NCBI GenBank assembly: GCA_963783645.1
Contig: CAWAOH010000010.1
Location: 102,013 to 166,012 of the forward strand
Source: Candidatus Bathyarchaeota archaeon
Lineage (GTDB): Archaea > Thermoproteota > Bathyarchaeia > 40CM-2-53-6
Length of the DNA stretch: 64,000 nt
Reading direction: 5' to 3'
A model generated the notes under the pieces. That model had not been told where the DNA came from, ran no database searches, and saw nothing but the letters and a program-made list of their open reading frames with translations. Numbering within the stretch: position 1 is the stretch's first letter; the number at the start of each line of letters is the position of its first letter. Positions 50,691 through 60,286 of the stretch are shown in pieces. The position numbers were made by a program, and so were the translations under genes.

Positions 50691-51916
50691 TTACCGGCTA
50701 TTGCTAGTTTCATGGAGAAGAGGCAAGCGGCCCTTCTCGGTTAAATCGAAGGCTGTTAGCGTCAGTGACTGGTTCGATACCACCAAGTAGTTCATGAAAA
50801 CGATTCTCCTTAATGTTGTTCTAACAAACGATTTAATGGGAATTAGAGCAAGAGGCGGGTCTCTGAGTTGGTCAAGGTATTCCGGTATCAATGCTAACCA
50901 TTCGACTAATGTTTACAATATGCTTGATTAATTGTTCGATTCGATTGCTTAGTCGAAAATTCTCCATAAGAGCGTCTAGGGATGTCTTCTCCAATTTTTG
51001 CGTGAGCAAATTATTTTCAAGTTCGAGAACCTGTTTCTGTGCTTCTCGTCTGAAGCAGGGTTTGGTAATGGTGACAATTCCTGCACTCCATGTTTGAATG
51101 ATCCGGAGACGATGCTTGGGCCACGTCTGAGAGTTGCTTGCATTCCACTTGTTACTGCCGAGGCAATGGCCTCGTCACGTAGTTTGATTCCTCCACGGAG
51201 TAGGAGGCTGAAGAGGATCATGGATTCGGAACTGCCTCTGAACGAGGCGTTTTGAACAAATTGACCGAGGTCAATATCCTTAGGGACTATGCCGATTTGT
51301 TGTAGGTACGATGCCCGCCTCACCGTTCGGAGCTGTTCGTCCAGGGGCGATTTCACAGACGCGTTCCATACCGTTTCCACTGGGAGAAGTCGAGGGTCGA
51401 GGAAGACTAGCAACATTCCTAGATCGTCAAAGGTGGTCGCGATGGGTTGCGACTTGAACACACTGGACTCTTGGATCGTCTTGAAACTCACACCGGACTC
51501 CATTTCGTTCTCTTTCCCGTATCCGTTCAGCAGGTAATGGGCTGCCCAACCTTGTTTCATCGAGGTTTGAGCTGGGATTCTGCTTTGCAGCCGTAGGGCG
51601 TTTTGTATGTAGTTAATCCGGTTCCAACCTCGGGTTGAAATAGCGTACGAGTTCTCGAAGCCACCCACAACCCGGGTCTTCACGTCACGGACAGCAAGTA
51701 GTACGGGCGTTTGGACATACGGGAGAAGACTTTAGCCATGTACAGGAAGTCCAGCCCCAACCGATCGGAGACATCCCTCGACGAGAATGATACACGACCA
51801 AAGACTCTGCCCAAACTAACCAGAAGATCGTTCGATGCTAGTTGCGAACGAGATCGATAAGGCCGAAGATTGACACCTGCAGGTGTTCCGGAATTGACTA
51901 ATGCCACTAATGACAA
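50691..51916 (-). pseudogene. Degraded ~400-450-codon gene (wHTH N-terminus, unknown middle, coiled-coil tail) spread over at least 4 frames
   Basis: Track ORFs 51680-51916, 50976-51683 and 50691-50891, plus the hand-read linker REAQKQVLELENNLLTQKLEKTSLDALMENFRLSNRIEQLIKHIV, tile head to tail on the minus strand. Confidence 0.35.
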
Positions 51917-52072
51917 CTTGTTTCACAGCCTCGATCATCACACTAGCATAAAACGGAGAGAGAGGGGCGAATGTACTCGTCGTTGAGGTAAGGATTCTGT
52001 CTAGAAGGCTTGAATCATAACCCTCGGGCCTATCGATTGAATGCGCAATCTTAGGATACGCTCAGTCAAGAC

Positions 52073-52181
52073 ATGGAGCCTCGGGCGGGGTTTGAACCCG
52101 CGACCTGCCGCTGCCTCGAAGAATAATTACGAGGCGGCCGCTTTCCGGTACCTGAGGATCTGCCAGGCTGAGCCACCGAGG
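52073..52181 (-). tRNA. tRNA-Thr(CGU) with two introns (17 nt in the D-arm at 23/24, 15 nt at canonical 37/38) and encoded CCA
   Basis: Hand fold of the reverse complement: GCCTCGG TG GCTC AGCCTGGCA GA[TCCTCAGGTACCGGAAA]GC G GCCGC CTCGTA[ATTATTCTTCGAGGC]A GCGGC AGGTC GCGGG TTCAAAC CCCGC CCGAGGC T CCA. The second intron forms a textbook bulge-helix-bulge (CTCG/CGAG with bulges TAA and GCA). Confidence 0.8.
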
Positions 52182-52233
52182 CGCATTATCTGTACGCAAA
52201 GCCTTCCAGACTTAAAGTATGTTCTTAGTCTGA

Positions 52234-53520
52234 TTATAGTACGAACTGTTCTTTTCCGATATCTCGATTCTTGATGCCGAGTCTGGACGTTGAGATTGTA
52301 CGATTACCGTAAAGTGTGGTTTCGGTTTTGTCGTCGTAGAGGGCCGCTGCAATGCGTCCAATCGAATCAGCTTTCATAATACCACTTCCGCTCATGCCGG
52401 TCGCGAGAATGCAATTTTCAACTTTATCAACGATGGGTGTTGCGTCTAGTGAGTTGATGTCGTAGAATCCCGCCCATGAACTGGTGGGTCGTAAGTTTGC
52501 AAAGCAGGGGTAGTATTCGCTTAGGATCGGATAGATGTTCATTGTAAAGTAGTTCTCTTCGGCAGAGGGCTCTTCTTCGAACGAGAAGGCTCTGCCTATG
52601 TAGTCAGCAGCCTCAACCCAGAATCCTTTCTCTCCCTTGACCGGCCTAACGCAGACACCGCCTTTCGGCAGTATCGTGAAGGGTACTGTGTTCTGCTCGT
52701 TGAAGCCCTTTGAGTTCAACAATCGGTCCAGGTTGCTGCCGTGCAATTGGAACACTTGTCTCTTCTTAGACCTCACGTGACAGTCAATACCTAGCTGATC
52801 GAATAGCAACGGGGTTCGCGCCCCTATGGCAACGACGGTAGTGTCGGCGGATAATGGGCCTTTCCCGGTTTGGATTCCTGGGATGCTCTTCTCCTGCCAC
52901 ACGTAAGGTTCGCCAGGAAGATCTAGACTCTTCTTTGCGGCCAGTCGGAGCGATTTGGCTTCAACTCCGAATTGGAATTCTCCGCCGAGCTTGCGATATT
53001 CGTTCTCGTAGAATTTAGCGATCATGTCTGGAGCGACCGTGCCACAATTCAATCCTTGAACTGCTTTATGCACGGGCTGTAAGTCCATGAGTTTGCTTTG
53101 CTCAGAAGATGGGTCCAACACAAGGTCCAGTATCATTTGGGCGAGTTCCTCCCGCTCGAAGACTTTGAGTCGAATCCCTTGCTGTAGCATTCCCGGCTCT
53201 ACAGATTCAAATAACTTGAATTCCGACTGAGTTAGCAACCAAAGATACCCAATCAGCTCCAAGTTGAGGCTGAATCCCAACTCATTCTGGACATGCTTGT
53301 AGAAGTCAATGGTGCTCCCGGCTAACAGCCGATTGACGTCGGACGTGAAGGTGTCACGAATAGCCGCCATGCTCTTCGCAGTGTCGCCCTGCGCAGGCGC
53401 TGACTTCCGGTCGACAATTAGGACGGAAAGATCTGGATGGGTGTTCTTTATGTGGTAACCTATTGAGAGGCCAATTACCCCCGAACCGATAATCAGCACG
53501 TCGTAATGTTTGGAAGACAC
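52234..53520 (-). CDS. FAD-dependent oxidoreductase (DAO family)
   Basis: 428-aa ORF with an N-terminal dinucleotide-binding motif (YDVLIIGSGVIGLSIG). Confidence 0.75.
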   Translation of the reverse strand: MSSKHYDVLIIGSGVIGLSIGYHIKNTHPDLSVLIVDRKSAPAQGDTAKSMAAIRDTFTSDVNRLLAGSTIDFYKHVQNELGFSLNLELIGYLWLLTQSEFKLFESVEPGMLQQGIRLKVFEREELAQMILDLVLDPSSEQSKLMDLQPVHKAVQGLNCGTVAPDMIAKFYENEYRKLGGEFQFGVEAKSLRLAAKKSLDLPGEPYVWQEKSIPGIQTGKGPLSADTTVVAIGARTPLLFDQLGIDCHVRSKKRQVFQLHGSNLDRLLNSKGFNEQNTVPFTILPKGGVCVRPVKGEKGFWVEAADYIGRAFSFEEEPSAEENYFTMNIYPILSEYYPCFANLRPTSSWAGFYDINSLDATPIVDKVENCILATGMSGSGIMKADSIGRIAAALYDDKTETTLYGNRTISTSRLGIKNRDIGKEQFVL

Positions 53521-53712
53521 AGATCACACGCCGTAGGGCTGGACTGATGTGGATTATAAGGCGCTTGCATTTCCTTTCAAGCCATCTTCCCATCATTGGG
53601 AGCAAGTCGAAAGGAATAGCTATTCTGCAATCCGCAAGACTACTTGGAACGATCAGCTTGAGAATGAGATACGACAAGCGAACCGATAGGTTACTGATGA
53701 TCATAGGCGACG

Positions 53713-54129
53713 GTGAGGAAGCATCCATCCAAGTCATTGGATGAAGATGTGACTGTTTCATACACAGAGACCGGCGATATAGCAAAAATTAGCGTAGGCA
53801 ATGCGTTGACCAGAATTTTCGACGGCCTCGGCATCAAAATGCCCTCCGAGCGTCAAGCAACGACAGAGGAGCGGGAAGGTGGTTGGAAAGTGGAGGTAGA
53901 CGGAGACAGATGTCTCGGGTTTGGAAGCTGCGTGATAGTCTCCCCCGACGTCTTTCGCCTGGACGAACGGCCGGGTCAAGGCGTATTCCGAAGTAGAGCC
54001 AAACTCGATGTGCTTGACGAAACGGGAGGCAAGGATTTCGACAATCTCAGAATGGCAGCTCAATCCTGCCCAACACAGGCAATCTCAATTGTCGACAGAA
54101 AGACTGGCAAGCGCATCTACCCACTCTGA
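53713..54129 (+). CDS. Single-cluster ferredoxin-domain protein
   Basis: The C-terminal 70 aa match the VDGDRCLGFGSCV...AQSCPTQAI pattern of 3Fe/4Fe ferredoxins. The N-terminal extension is uncharacterised. Confidence 0.55.
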   Translation: MRKHPSKSLDEDVTVSYTETGDIAKISVGNALTRIFDGLGIKMPSERQATTEEREGGWKVEVDGDRCLGFGSCVIVSPDVFRLDERPGQGVFRSRAKLDVLDETGGKDFDNLRMAAQSCPTQAISIVDRKTGKRIYPL

Positions 54130-54291
54130 TGAGATTGCAAGCGCAAACTCCGAACTGGTACCTCCTCAGCGTGATAACGACTATTCAATCGCAGTTTAGT
54201 TATGGATACATGACATGTGACATAACAATAGTTAATGAGGCGGGCAAGCGTCTGGCGATTGAAGCTAGTCGAAGCTAGGAACCAATAACTC

Positions 54292-55650
54292 TTGAAGAAC
54301 TTCAAGGACTCGAAGTGGAAGGAACTAGTTGCGAACGTTACCAAAACGATTCGCGAGAAACAGATCAGATTCGCACGGCTGCAATTCATTGACATAAATG
54401 GCATCTTGAAGAGTGTTTCTGTTCGGACGAAGGAATTCGAATCGATTTTCGAGAACGGGCGGTCATTTGACGGCTCGTCCATTACTGGGTACAGGTCAAT
54501 CGAGGAATCAGACCTAGTAGCCTATCCGGACCCATCCACTTTCGCAATTATCCCTTGGCGCCCCAAAGAGAAGGCCACGTGCAGATTCATATGTGATATT
54601 TACACGCCAGACAACCTTCGATTTGAAGCAGACCCCCGTTTCGTGCTTGAGAAAGCCATGGATCAGTGTGCCAAAGCCGGATTCAAATTCAATTGTGCAC
54701 CTGAACTCGAGTTCTTTCTTGTTCAAGAGTCAACCGCGACGCCTACGCCCATAGATATGGGAGGCTACTTCGATTTACACCCAAGCGATCTTACCGACGA
54801 CCTCAGGCGCGAAATAGCAGATACTGCAGAAGAGTTCGGCATAGAAATAGAACTAGCCCATCATGAAGTCGCGCTTGGTCAAAATGAGATCGACTTCAAG
54901 TACGGCGGCGGTCTCCAAACTGCCGACCGGACCGCAACTATGAAAATGGTTACAAAGGCAGTGGCAGCAAGACGTGGATATCTTGCAACTTACATGCCCA
55001 AACCATTTCCGAACGTGAACGGGTCAGGTATGCATGTTCATCAGAGCCTGTGGAACTCAAAAGAATCAAAGAACCTATTCTACGATGACAATGAAGAAAC
55101 GGGCTACCTGTCCGAGCATGCGCTCCATTTCATCGGAGGACAATTGGCGCATGCACGGGAGATGTGTGGAGTTCTCGCCTCCTGGCCTAACTCATACAAG
55201 CGCCTTGTTCCAGGATTCGAAGCCCCAGTCTACGTTGCATGGGCTTTCAGAAACCGATCTCCACTCATACGCGTGCCAAACTTTGGAAAGAGACACAACG
55301 CGGCACGAATGGAGATAAGATGTCCGGACCCTGCAGGAAACCCATATCTGCAGTTCGCAGTTCTATGTTTGAGCGGATTAGACGGTATAAGAAGAAAATT
55401 GAATCCTCCAAAACCAGCTGAGTTAAACGTCTACAAGTTATCCTACGAGGAACGAAAGCAGAGAAAGATCATCTCCCTGCCTGAGTCTCTTTCAGAAGCT
55501 TTGCTAGAGATCGAGAACAGCGAATTCATGAAAGCCGCGCTTGGGCAGGAACTTTGGGAAAATTACCTCAAAGAAAAGCATCGCGAATGGGATCTTTACC
55601 GCACCCAGGTTACTCCTTGGGAAGTTGAGCGGTACATGAGAAAGTTGTAG
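54292..55650 (+). CDS. glnA: Glutamine synthetase type I
   Basis: 452-aa ORF with GS blocks (FDGSSI, NGSGMHVHQSLW, NSYKRLVPGFEAP). Confidence 0.95.
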   Translation: MKNFKDSKWKELVANVTKTIREKQIRFARLQFIDINGILKSVSVRTKEFESIFENGRSFDGSSITGYRSIEESDLVAYPDPSTFAIIPWRPKEKATCRFICDIYTPDNLRFEADPRFVLEKAMDQCAKAGFKFNCAPELEFFLVQESTATPTPIDMGGYFDLHPSDLTDDLRREIADTAEEFGIEIELAHHEVALGQNEIDFKYGGGLQTADRTATMKMVTKAVAARRGYLATYMPKPFPNVNGSGMHVHQSLWNSKESKNLFYDDNEETGYLSEHALHFIGGQLAHAREMCGVLASWPNSYKRLVPGFEAPVYVAWAFRNRSPLIRVPNFGKRHNAARMEIRCPDPAGNPYLQFAVLCLSGLDGIRRKLNPPKPAELNVYKLSYEERKQRKIISLPESLSEALLEIENSEFMKAALGQELWENYLKEKHREWDLYRTQVTPWEVERYMRKL

Positions 55651-55664
55651 ATTCTTACGAGTGC

Positions 55665-56675
55665 TTAGTCGCCTTGGGGTGACATGATGCTGAGGTAATC
55701 GAGTTTGGGTAACGTTGCTTTAGCTTCTGAGGGAGGTCGGGTTGCTACTCGCATTAGGATCAGTCGGTTAGTTGTGCCTGGGACGCTTCCTTTTACCATG
55801 ACATATTCTGAATTAATCTGTCCATACCGAAGGAATCCTCCTTTCGGTGTCACTTCACTTCCGTTGTTTCCTACTTTGATGACAATCTTGTTGTATTCGG
55901 TTCGCTGATGGAACCCCATTTGTCCAGCTCGCGGGACCGAGTACATGACGTAGTGCGGCGTCCATCCGCCTATTGAGCCGACCTGACGGACCGTCTTGTT
56001 GGCCTTGTGAATCTTACGCCTTATTCCCCATCTCTTCACGGGACCTTGGATTCCTTTTCCCTTCGTAATTCCGATCGTGTCAACGGCTTGGCCTTCTTTC
56101 ACGAAGTCGCCAACCTTCACCTCAGATCCAAGCAACTTCTTCGCATACTCGAACCGATCCTTAATCGCTCCGCCGCCAATCTTGACTTCAATCAAGTCAG
56201 GCGCTTTCTTCCCTCGCTTTGCAAGTCGAGGTTGAGTCGCCATGAGCATGCGTACGTCCGCAATCTTGTCTAGGTTGCCTTCAATCTTCTTCAATCCTTC
56301 TTCTGTCATGAACTTCTCGGGCACTGATATGAGCCTCTCAAAGTCCTTAGAGGGTTTCTCAATCCATGCTTCACCGAAAGTGCGTAACCCCTCATACGGT
56401 TTCGTGTAAGCTCGAATCGCACATGCCAGCATTGGAGGAGATTCGAGGATTGTGAGAGGAATGACAACCTCTTTACCGAAAGTGAGTGAACCTTGACGAT
56501 TATCGATAGCAATACCGTAGGTCATGCCCGCCTTGAAGCCTGCAAACGCCAAAAGCCTGGGGCCTTCCTCAATCTCAGGCCAGTGCCTAATCCTGCCAAC
56601 CCAACGGGAAGCGCGTCCTCTAGGTAGGAACGCAAGTGAACCGCGCTTAGGAGCATGTACTTTCCTGTGACCCAA
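55665..56675 (-). CDS. rpl3: 50S ribosomal protein L3 (uL3)
   Basis: 336-aa ORF with a typical archaeal uL3 start (MGHRKVHAPKRGSLAF). Confidence 0.95.
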   Translation of the reverse strand: MGHRKVHAPKRGSLAFLPRGRASRWVGRIRHWPEIEEGPRLLAFAGFKAGMTYGIAIDNRQGSLTFGKEVVIPLTILESPPMLACAIRAYTKPYEGLRTFGEAWIEKPSKDFERLISVPEKFMTEEGLKKIEGNLDKIADVRMLMATQPRLAKRGKKAPDLIEVKIGGGAIKDRFEYAKKLLGSEVKVGDFVKEGQAVDTIGITKGKGIQGPVKRWGIRRKIHKANKTVRQVGSIGGWTPHYVMYSVPRAGQMGFHQRTEYNKIVIKVGNNGSEVTPKGGFLRYGQINSEYVMVKGSVPGTTNRLILMRVATRPPSEAKATLPKLDYLSIMSPQGD

Positions 56676-56780
56676 TTACCCTGCCAACTTGTGGTGTTGC
56701 TTCGGCCCAGTTCGGTGTGAGCTCTAAAATACTTTGTGCGCGAGCGCTTTTAGACTGATAGAAGGGGTCGAGTGGGCTGT

Positions 56781-57050
56781 TTATGCGTCTTCATCGTCTT
56801 TATCATCATCATCTGCTTCCACAACGGTTTCTGCACCCTTTTTTTCGAAGGTTTGCATGGCCTCCTGTAACTCTTCTTCAGTAATCTTGCCAGCCAGGAA
56901 TAGAAGGTCGTTAATCCATTCAGAGACGAGAGCATCAATATTTGCTGCTGGAACCAGCGGATGTTTCTGCAAAACGCTCTGAAGATCAGTGAACAGCTTA
57001 TCCAAATCGACGCTTTCGACCTTCTGCTTTTTACCGTAAGTGAACTTCAA
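56781..57050 (-). CDS. Hypothetical small protein with poly-acidic C-terminus
   Basis: 89-aa ORF ending in VEADDDDKDDEDA. No family recognised. Confidence 0.35.
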   Translation of the reverse strand: MKFTYGKKQKVESVDLDKLFTDLQSVLQKHPLVPAANIDALVSEWINDLLFLAGKITEEELQEAMQTFEKKGAETVVEADDDDKDDEDA

Positions 57051-57084
57051 CTATTTCACTAGCTCCCCGCTCTATGCATCATAC

Positions 57085-57127
57085 CTTTTTGAAGCTTGGT
57101 GACACGTCAGTGCTTTTTGAAGCTTGG
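57085..57127. repeat. Exact 15-bp direct repeat CTTTTTGAAGCTTGG x2 (57085-57099 and 57113-57127)
   Basis: Read directly from the divergent intergenic region. The period is 28 bp and each copy contains the AAGCTT palindrome. Confidence 0.8.
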
Positions 57128-57228
57128 CAAATCAGCCGGTTTACCTAGTCTTCAATAGGCGACCAACCTCAAATCCCGCAAGCATGTGCTATTTGGGATA
57201 GGTTGGCTACGCGGGGGTTCCTGAGTAG

Positions 57229-57555
57229 TTGGAATGTATAGGTCGAACGCTAACGTACCTGAGCGATATTCAGGGGTCTCCTGACGTGCCAGGCCACTGG
57301 ATTGAAGTCGGACCAAGCCGACCGTTTACTAGAATCCATATTTGCGAGCTTCCAGACGGCAAGGTAGAGCCAGGTCCGACAGGGATCACATTACTCACAG
57401 ACGATATCCGATCTGAATATGATAGACTGAAGCAGAAAGGCGTTCGATTTCTGTATCCGCCGAAGATGATGGAGTGGGGAGAATGGCTCTGTGAGTTTGC
57501 AGATCCTGATGGAAATGAGTTCGATCTTAAACAGCCAATTCCTCTGACCAAGTGA
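57229..57555 (+). CDS. VOC/glyoxalase-fold protein (possibly N-terminally truncated)
   Basis: 108-aa ORF with a C-terminal GVRFLYPPKMMEWGEWLCEFADPDGNEFDL glyoxalase-like module. The usual first beta-alpha-beta module is not readable upstream. Confidence 0.55.
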   Translation: MECIGRTLTYLSDIQGSPDVPGHWIEVGPSRPFTRIHICELPDGKVEPGPTGITLLTDDIRSEYDRLKQKGVRFLYPPKMMEWGEWLCEFADPDGNEFDLKQPIPLTK

Positions 57556-57647
57556 ATTGGATTATCTTGAATCGATGTGTTTAACTTAGTGATAGCTCGA
57601 GCTTTTCGTTTGCAGCGGGACTGATGACTGACGCGTGACCTGGACTA

Positions 57648-57781
<134 letters not shown>

Positions 57782-57834
57782 TTTTACTAGTAACTCTAAA
57801 TAGGCGCATCATAGCCGTATTACAGCGGGTTTGT

Positions 57835-58357
57835 TTGGGTAAGACCAAGTCGATCAATGAGCGGTACGTCTACGCTTACTTACCATCGGTAGAGATGGTT
57901 AGGGATTGGAAGGCTAGGGCGAAGAAGAGTAAGGTCTCCATTTCACAGTTCGTCTATGAACACGTAACGAACTCGCTGCGTCAGGAAGATGGTGAGGAAA
58001 GCTACAAGCCCAGAGCAGAACTCATCGATGAGCTTCACCATAAGGACGAGGCGTTGAAGAAGCTGACTAGAGAGAACGAGATCACTAATTTAGCGTTGGA
58101 ACGGGTTGAATCTGAGCTTAGGAGATATCGGTCTGAACCGTTTCTTCAAGAGAACTTTCGAGGAATTAGAAAGTACGACCTGAAGCTCATTGAACTCCTA
58201 AAGAAAGGGACCGGCAATCGATTCGGATGAATTACTTCGCCAATTGAGGATTTCGCCTAGGGAAACGGATCGGGTTAGGGCTGTGAGTAGGCAATTGGAG
58301 AACTTGGAAGCCTACGGACTGGTTGAGAAGACTCGTAGAGGTTGGAAGTGGATTTAG
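57835..58357 (+). pseudogene. RHH (CopG-like), coiled-coil, winged-helix protein with a +1 frame break near 58205-58220
   Basis: 131-aa track ORF (N-terminal SQFVYEHV RHH-like region, heptad-rich middle). The C-terminus AIDSDELLRQLRISPRETDRVRAVSRQLENLEAYGLVEKTRRGWKWI is readable in the next frame. Confidence 0.5.
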
Positions 58358-58360
58358 CGA

Positions 58361-59314
58361 ATGACTGAGCAAGTCCTAGCCGAATCTCTCTCCAAAGAAC
58401 GGCTTGTTGAGATGTTTGTGGAGGATTGCGAGGATCGGCAGCTTACTGTGGAGTCGATTCGTCACTACAAGGCCGTTGCAACCGCGTTCCTAGATTATCT
58501 GGCTAGCCAGAACGTGTCGGTCTTCTCAGCGGACAAGTTCGTTCTGATAGAGTATTTGAGGAAGAGAAGAGCGGATGGGGTAGATCAGAAGACTCTAGAG
58601 AACAATTTCACGGTGATCTCAAGCCTTTTCGAGTACTTCGTTTTTCAGGATCTTATTGGTAAGAATCCTGTGATGGGAGTGAGGAAGCGATACTTGCGAC
58701 GGTACAAGGATGAAAGGGACGTTGACGCAGAATCACCGAGGAAGCTAATCTCCGTTGAACAGATGATTCTGCTAATCAACTCCGTCATTGATACTCGTGA
58801 TAAGGCGATATTGACGGTTCTTGCGAAGACTGGTGTGCGGCGTGGGGAGTTGATTGCTATGGATGTTACGGATATTGATTGGGAGCAGCAGTCGATAACT
58901 TTGAAGAAGTTCAAGAAACGTAGCGGGAGGATAGTTTTCTTTGATGATGAGACGAGTAGATTGTTGAAGCGGTGGGTGAGTCAACGTGAGAAACTGCAAC
59001 CGGAATCTTCTGCTCTGTTCCTTGGGGAGAAGGGTGGTCGTTTGAAGCGGAACGGTGTCTATTCAATGGTCGTGAAATACGCTGAACAGGTGGGTCTTCA
59101 TGACTCAAAGTCGGATAAGCCAGAGGAACATTTTACTCCTCATTGTTTTCGTCACTGGTTCACAACTCACCTGAGACGGGCAGGGATGGATAGGGAGTTC
59201 ATCAAGGCTTTGCGGGGCGATCGAAGGAGGGAGGCTATAGATATTTACGATCGAATTGATCGGCAGGAACTTCGCAGAGCATACTTGGCTTTCGTACCGC
59301 AACTAGGAATCTGA
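58361..59314 (+). CDS. Tyrosine recombinase / integrase (XerC/D-like)
   Basis: 317-aa ORF with catalytic pattern R (TGVRRGEL), HxxR (HCFRHWF) and Y (AIDIYDRI). It lies about 580 nt from the tRNA-Leu 3' end. Confidence 0.9.
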   Translation: MTEQVLAESLSKERLVEMFVEDCEDRQLTVESIRHYKAVATAFLDYLASQNVSVFSADKFVLIEYLRKRRADGVDQKTLENNFTVISSLFEYFVFQDLIGKNPVMGVRKRYLRRYKDERDVDAESPRKLISVEQMILLINSVIDTRDKAILTVLAKTGVRRGELIAMDVTDIDWEQQSITLKKFKKRSGRIVFFDDETSRLLKRWVSQREKLQPESSALFLGEKGGRLKRNGVYSMVVKYAEQVGLHDSKSDKPEEHFTPHCFRHWFTTHLRRAGMDREFIKALRGDRRREAIDIYDRIDRQELRRAYLAFVPQLGI

Positions 59315-59457
59315 CTGCTGACGATTTGTGAATTCCATCCTTGAATCACATGTCAATCATATGCTGTCTGATCTGATGTGCAAGGTCCTCAGCAGTAGCT
59401 TCGTCCAATGGTTGAACGTTGGTCAGGTCTTTCACAAATGCATCCCGCAGTTTCGAA

Positions 59458-60204
59458 TCATAATCTTGCAAACTCTCTTTCCTTGTTTAATCGATCGATG
59501 AATGGTGCTCGAAGCTTTTCATCAGCCTGTAGCACTTTGTGCCATCTTTCCTTCTCTTTCTTATCAAACGGTAATTGCATTCTAATGTCGAAGAAGAGCT
59601 TCTCAGTTAGGCGAGCTTGAATTATGTGAGCTGGCATAGGCATGGGTTCAGATTGTAGATATGTTACATAATCTCGAATTCGCTGTCTACTGCCTCTCAC
59701 GAATTCTGATTCCGTATCGATAAAAGAGGATGCTGCTGTAATCAGCCGTTTTTTGGCCAAGTCATCCACATGATGCGTTTCAAATCTCTGCCAAAGACCA
59801 AAAATTAGTGGCAAATACTCGAGGTATTTCTGTGCTAGCGTGGAGATCTGAACTTGTGTTTCGGATTTTTCATTTAGATGCTTGAAACGAAAATGTTCAT
59901 ACCCATATTTTCCAATGGCGGCTACTAAGAATATCAACCCTAACCCGGTCATTGCGTACCATGGTGAAGGCATTCCACCTCTGGGGTTTTCATCTGCACC
60001 AACCCTCTCGACGAAACCATGTTCCTTGATAAACGGAAGTAGCTTCCTCAGAGCAGGCTTGCTACCGCAATCTCCTCTCGTTGACAACTCGGATAGATTT
60101 GCATGACCCTCCTTCGTCATAGAAATGTATGCAAGAATTCGTGCAACTCTAATTGCTCTTTCTCGTTTCGTTAATGCCAAACTTTCTCGTTTCTTTTTCG
60201 TCAA
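59458..60204 (-). CDS. Hypothetical protein with N-terminal winged-helix-like region (element-borne)
   Basis: 248-aa ORF with no family recognised. Confidence 0.4.
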   Translation of the reverse strand: MTKKKRESLALTKRERAIRVARILAYISMTKEGHANLSELSTRGDCGSKPALRKLLPFIKEHGFVERVGADENPRGGMPSPWYAMTGLGLIFLVAAIGKYGYEHFRFKHLNEKSETQVQISTLAQKYLEYLPLIFGLWQRFETHHVDDLAKKRLITAASSFIDTESEFVRGSRQRIRDYVTYLQSEPMPMPAHIIQARLTEKLFFDIRMQLPFDKKEKERWHKVLQADEKLRAPFIDRLNKEREFARL

Positions 60205-60286
60205 AGGTTAACTCTCACACTACATGTGTTTCCTCATTGCTCAAATAGACTTCTGGTTATTCCTCGTTAGGAGAGTCGTATAGACT

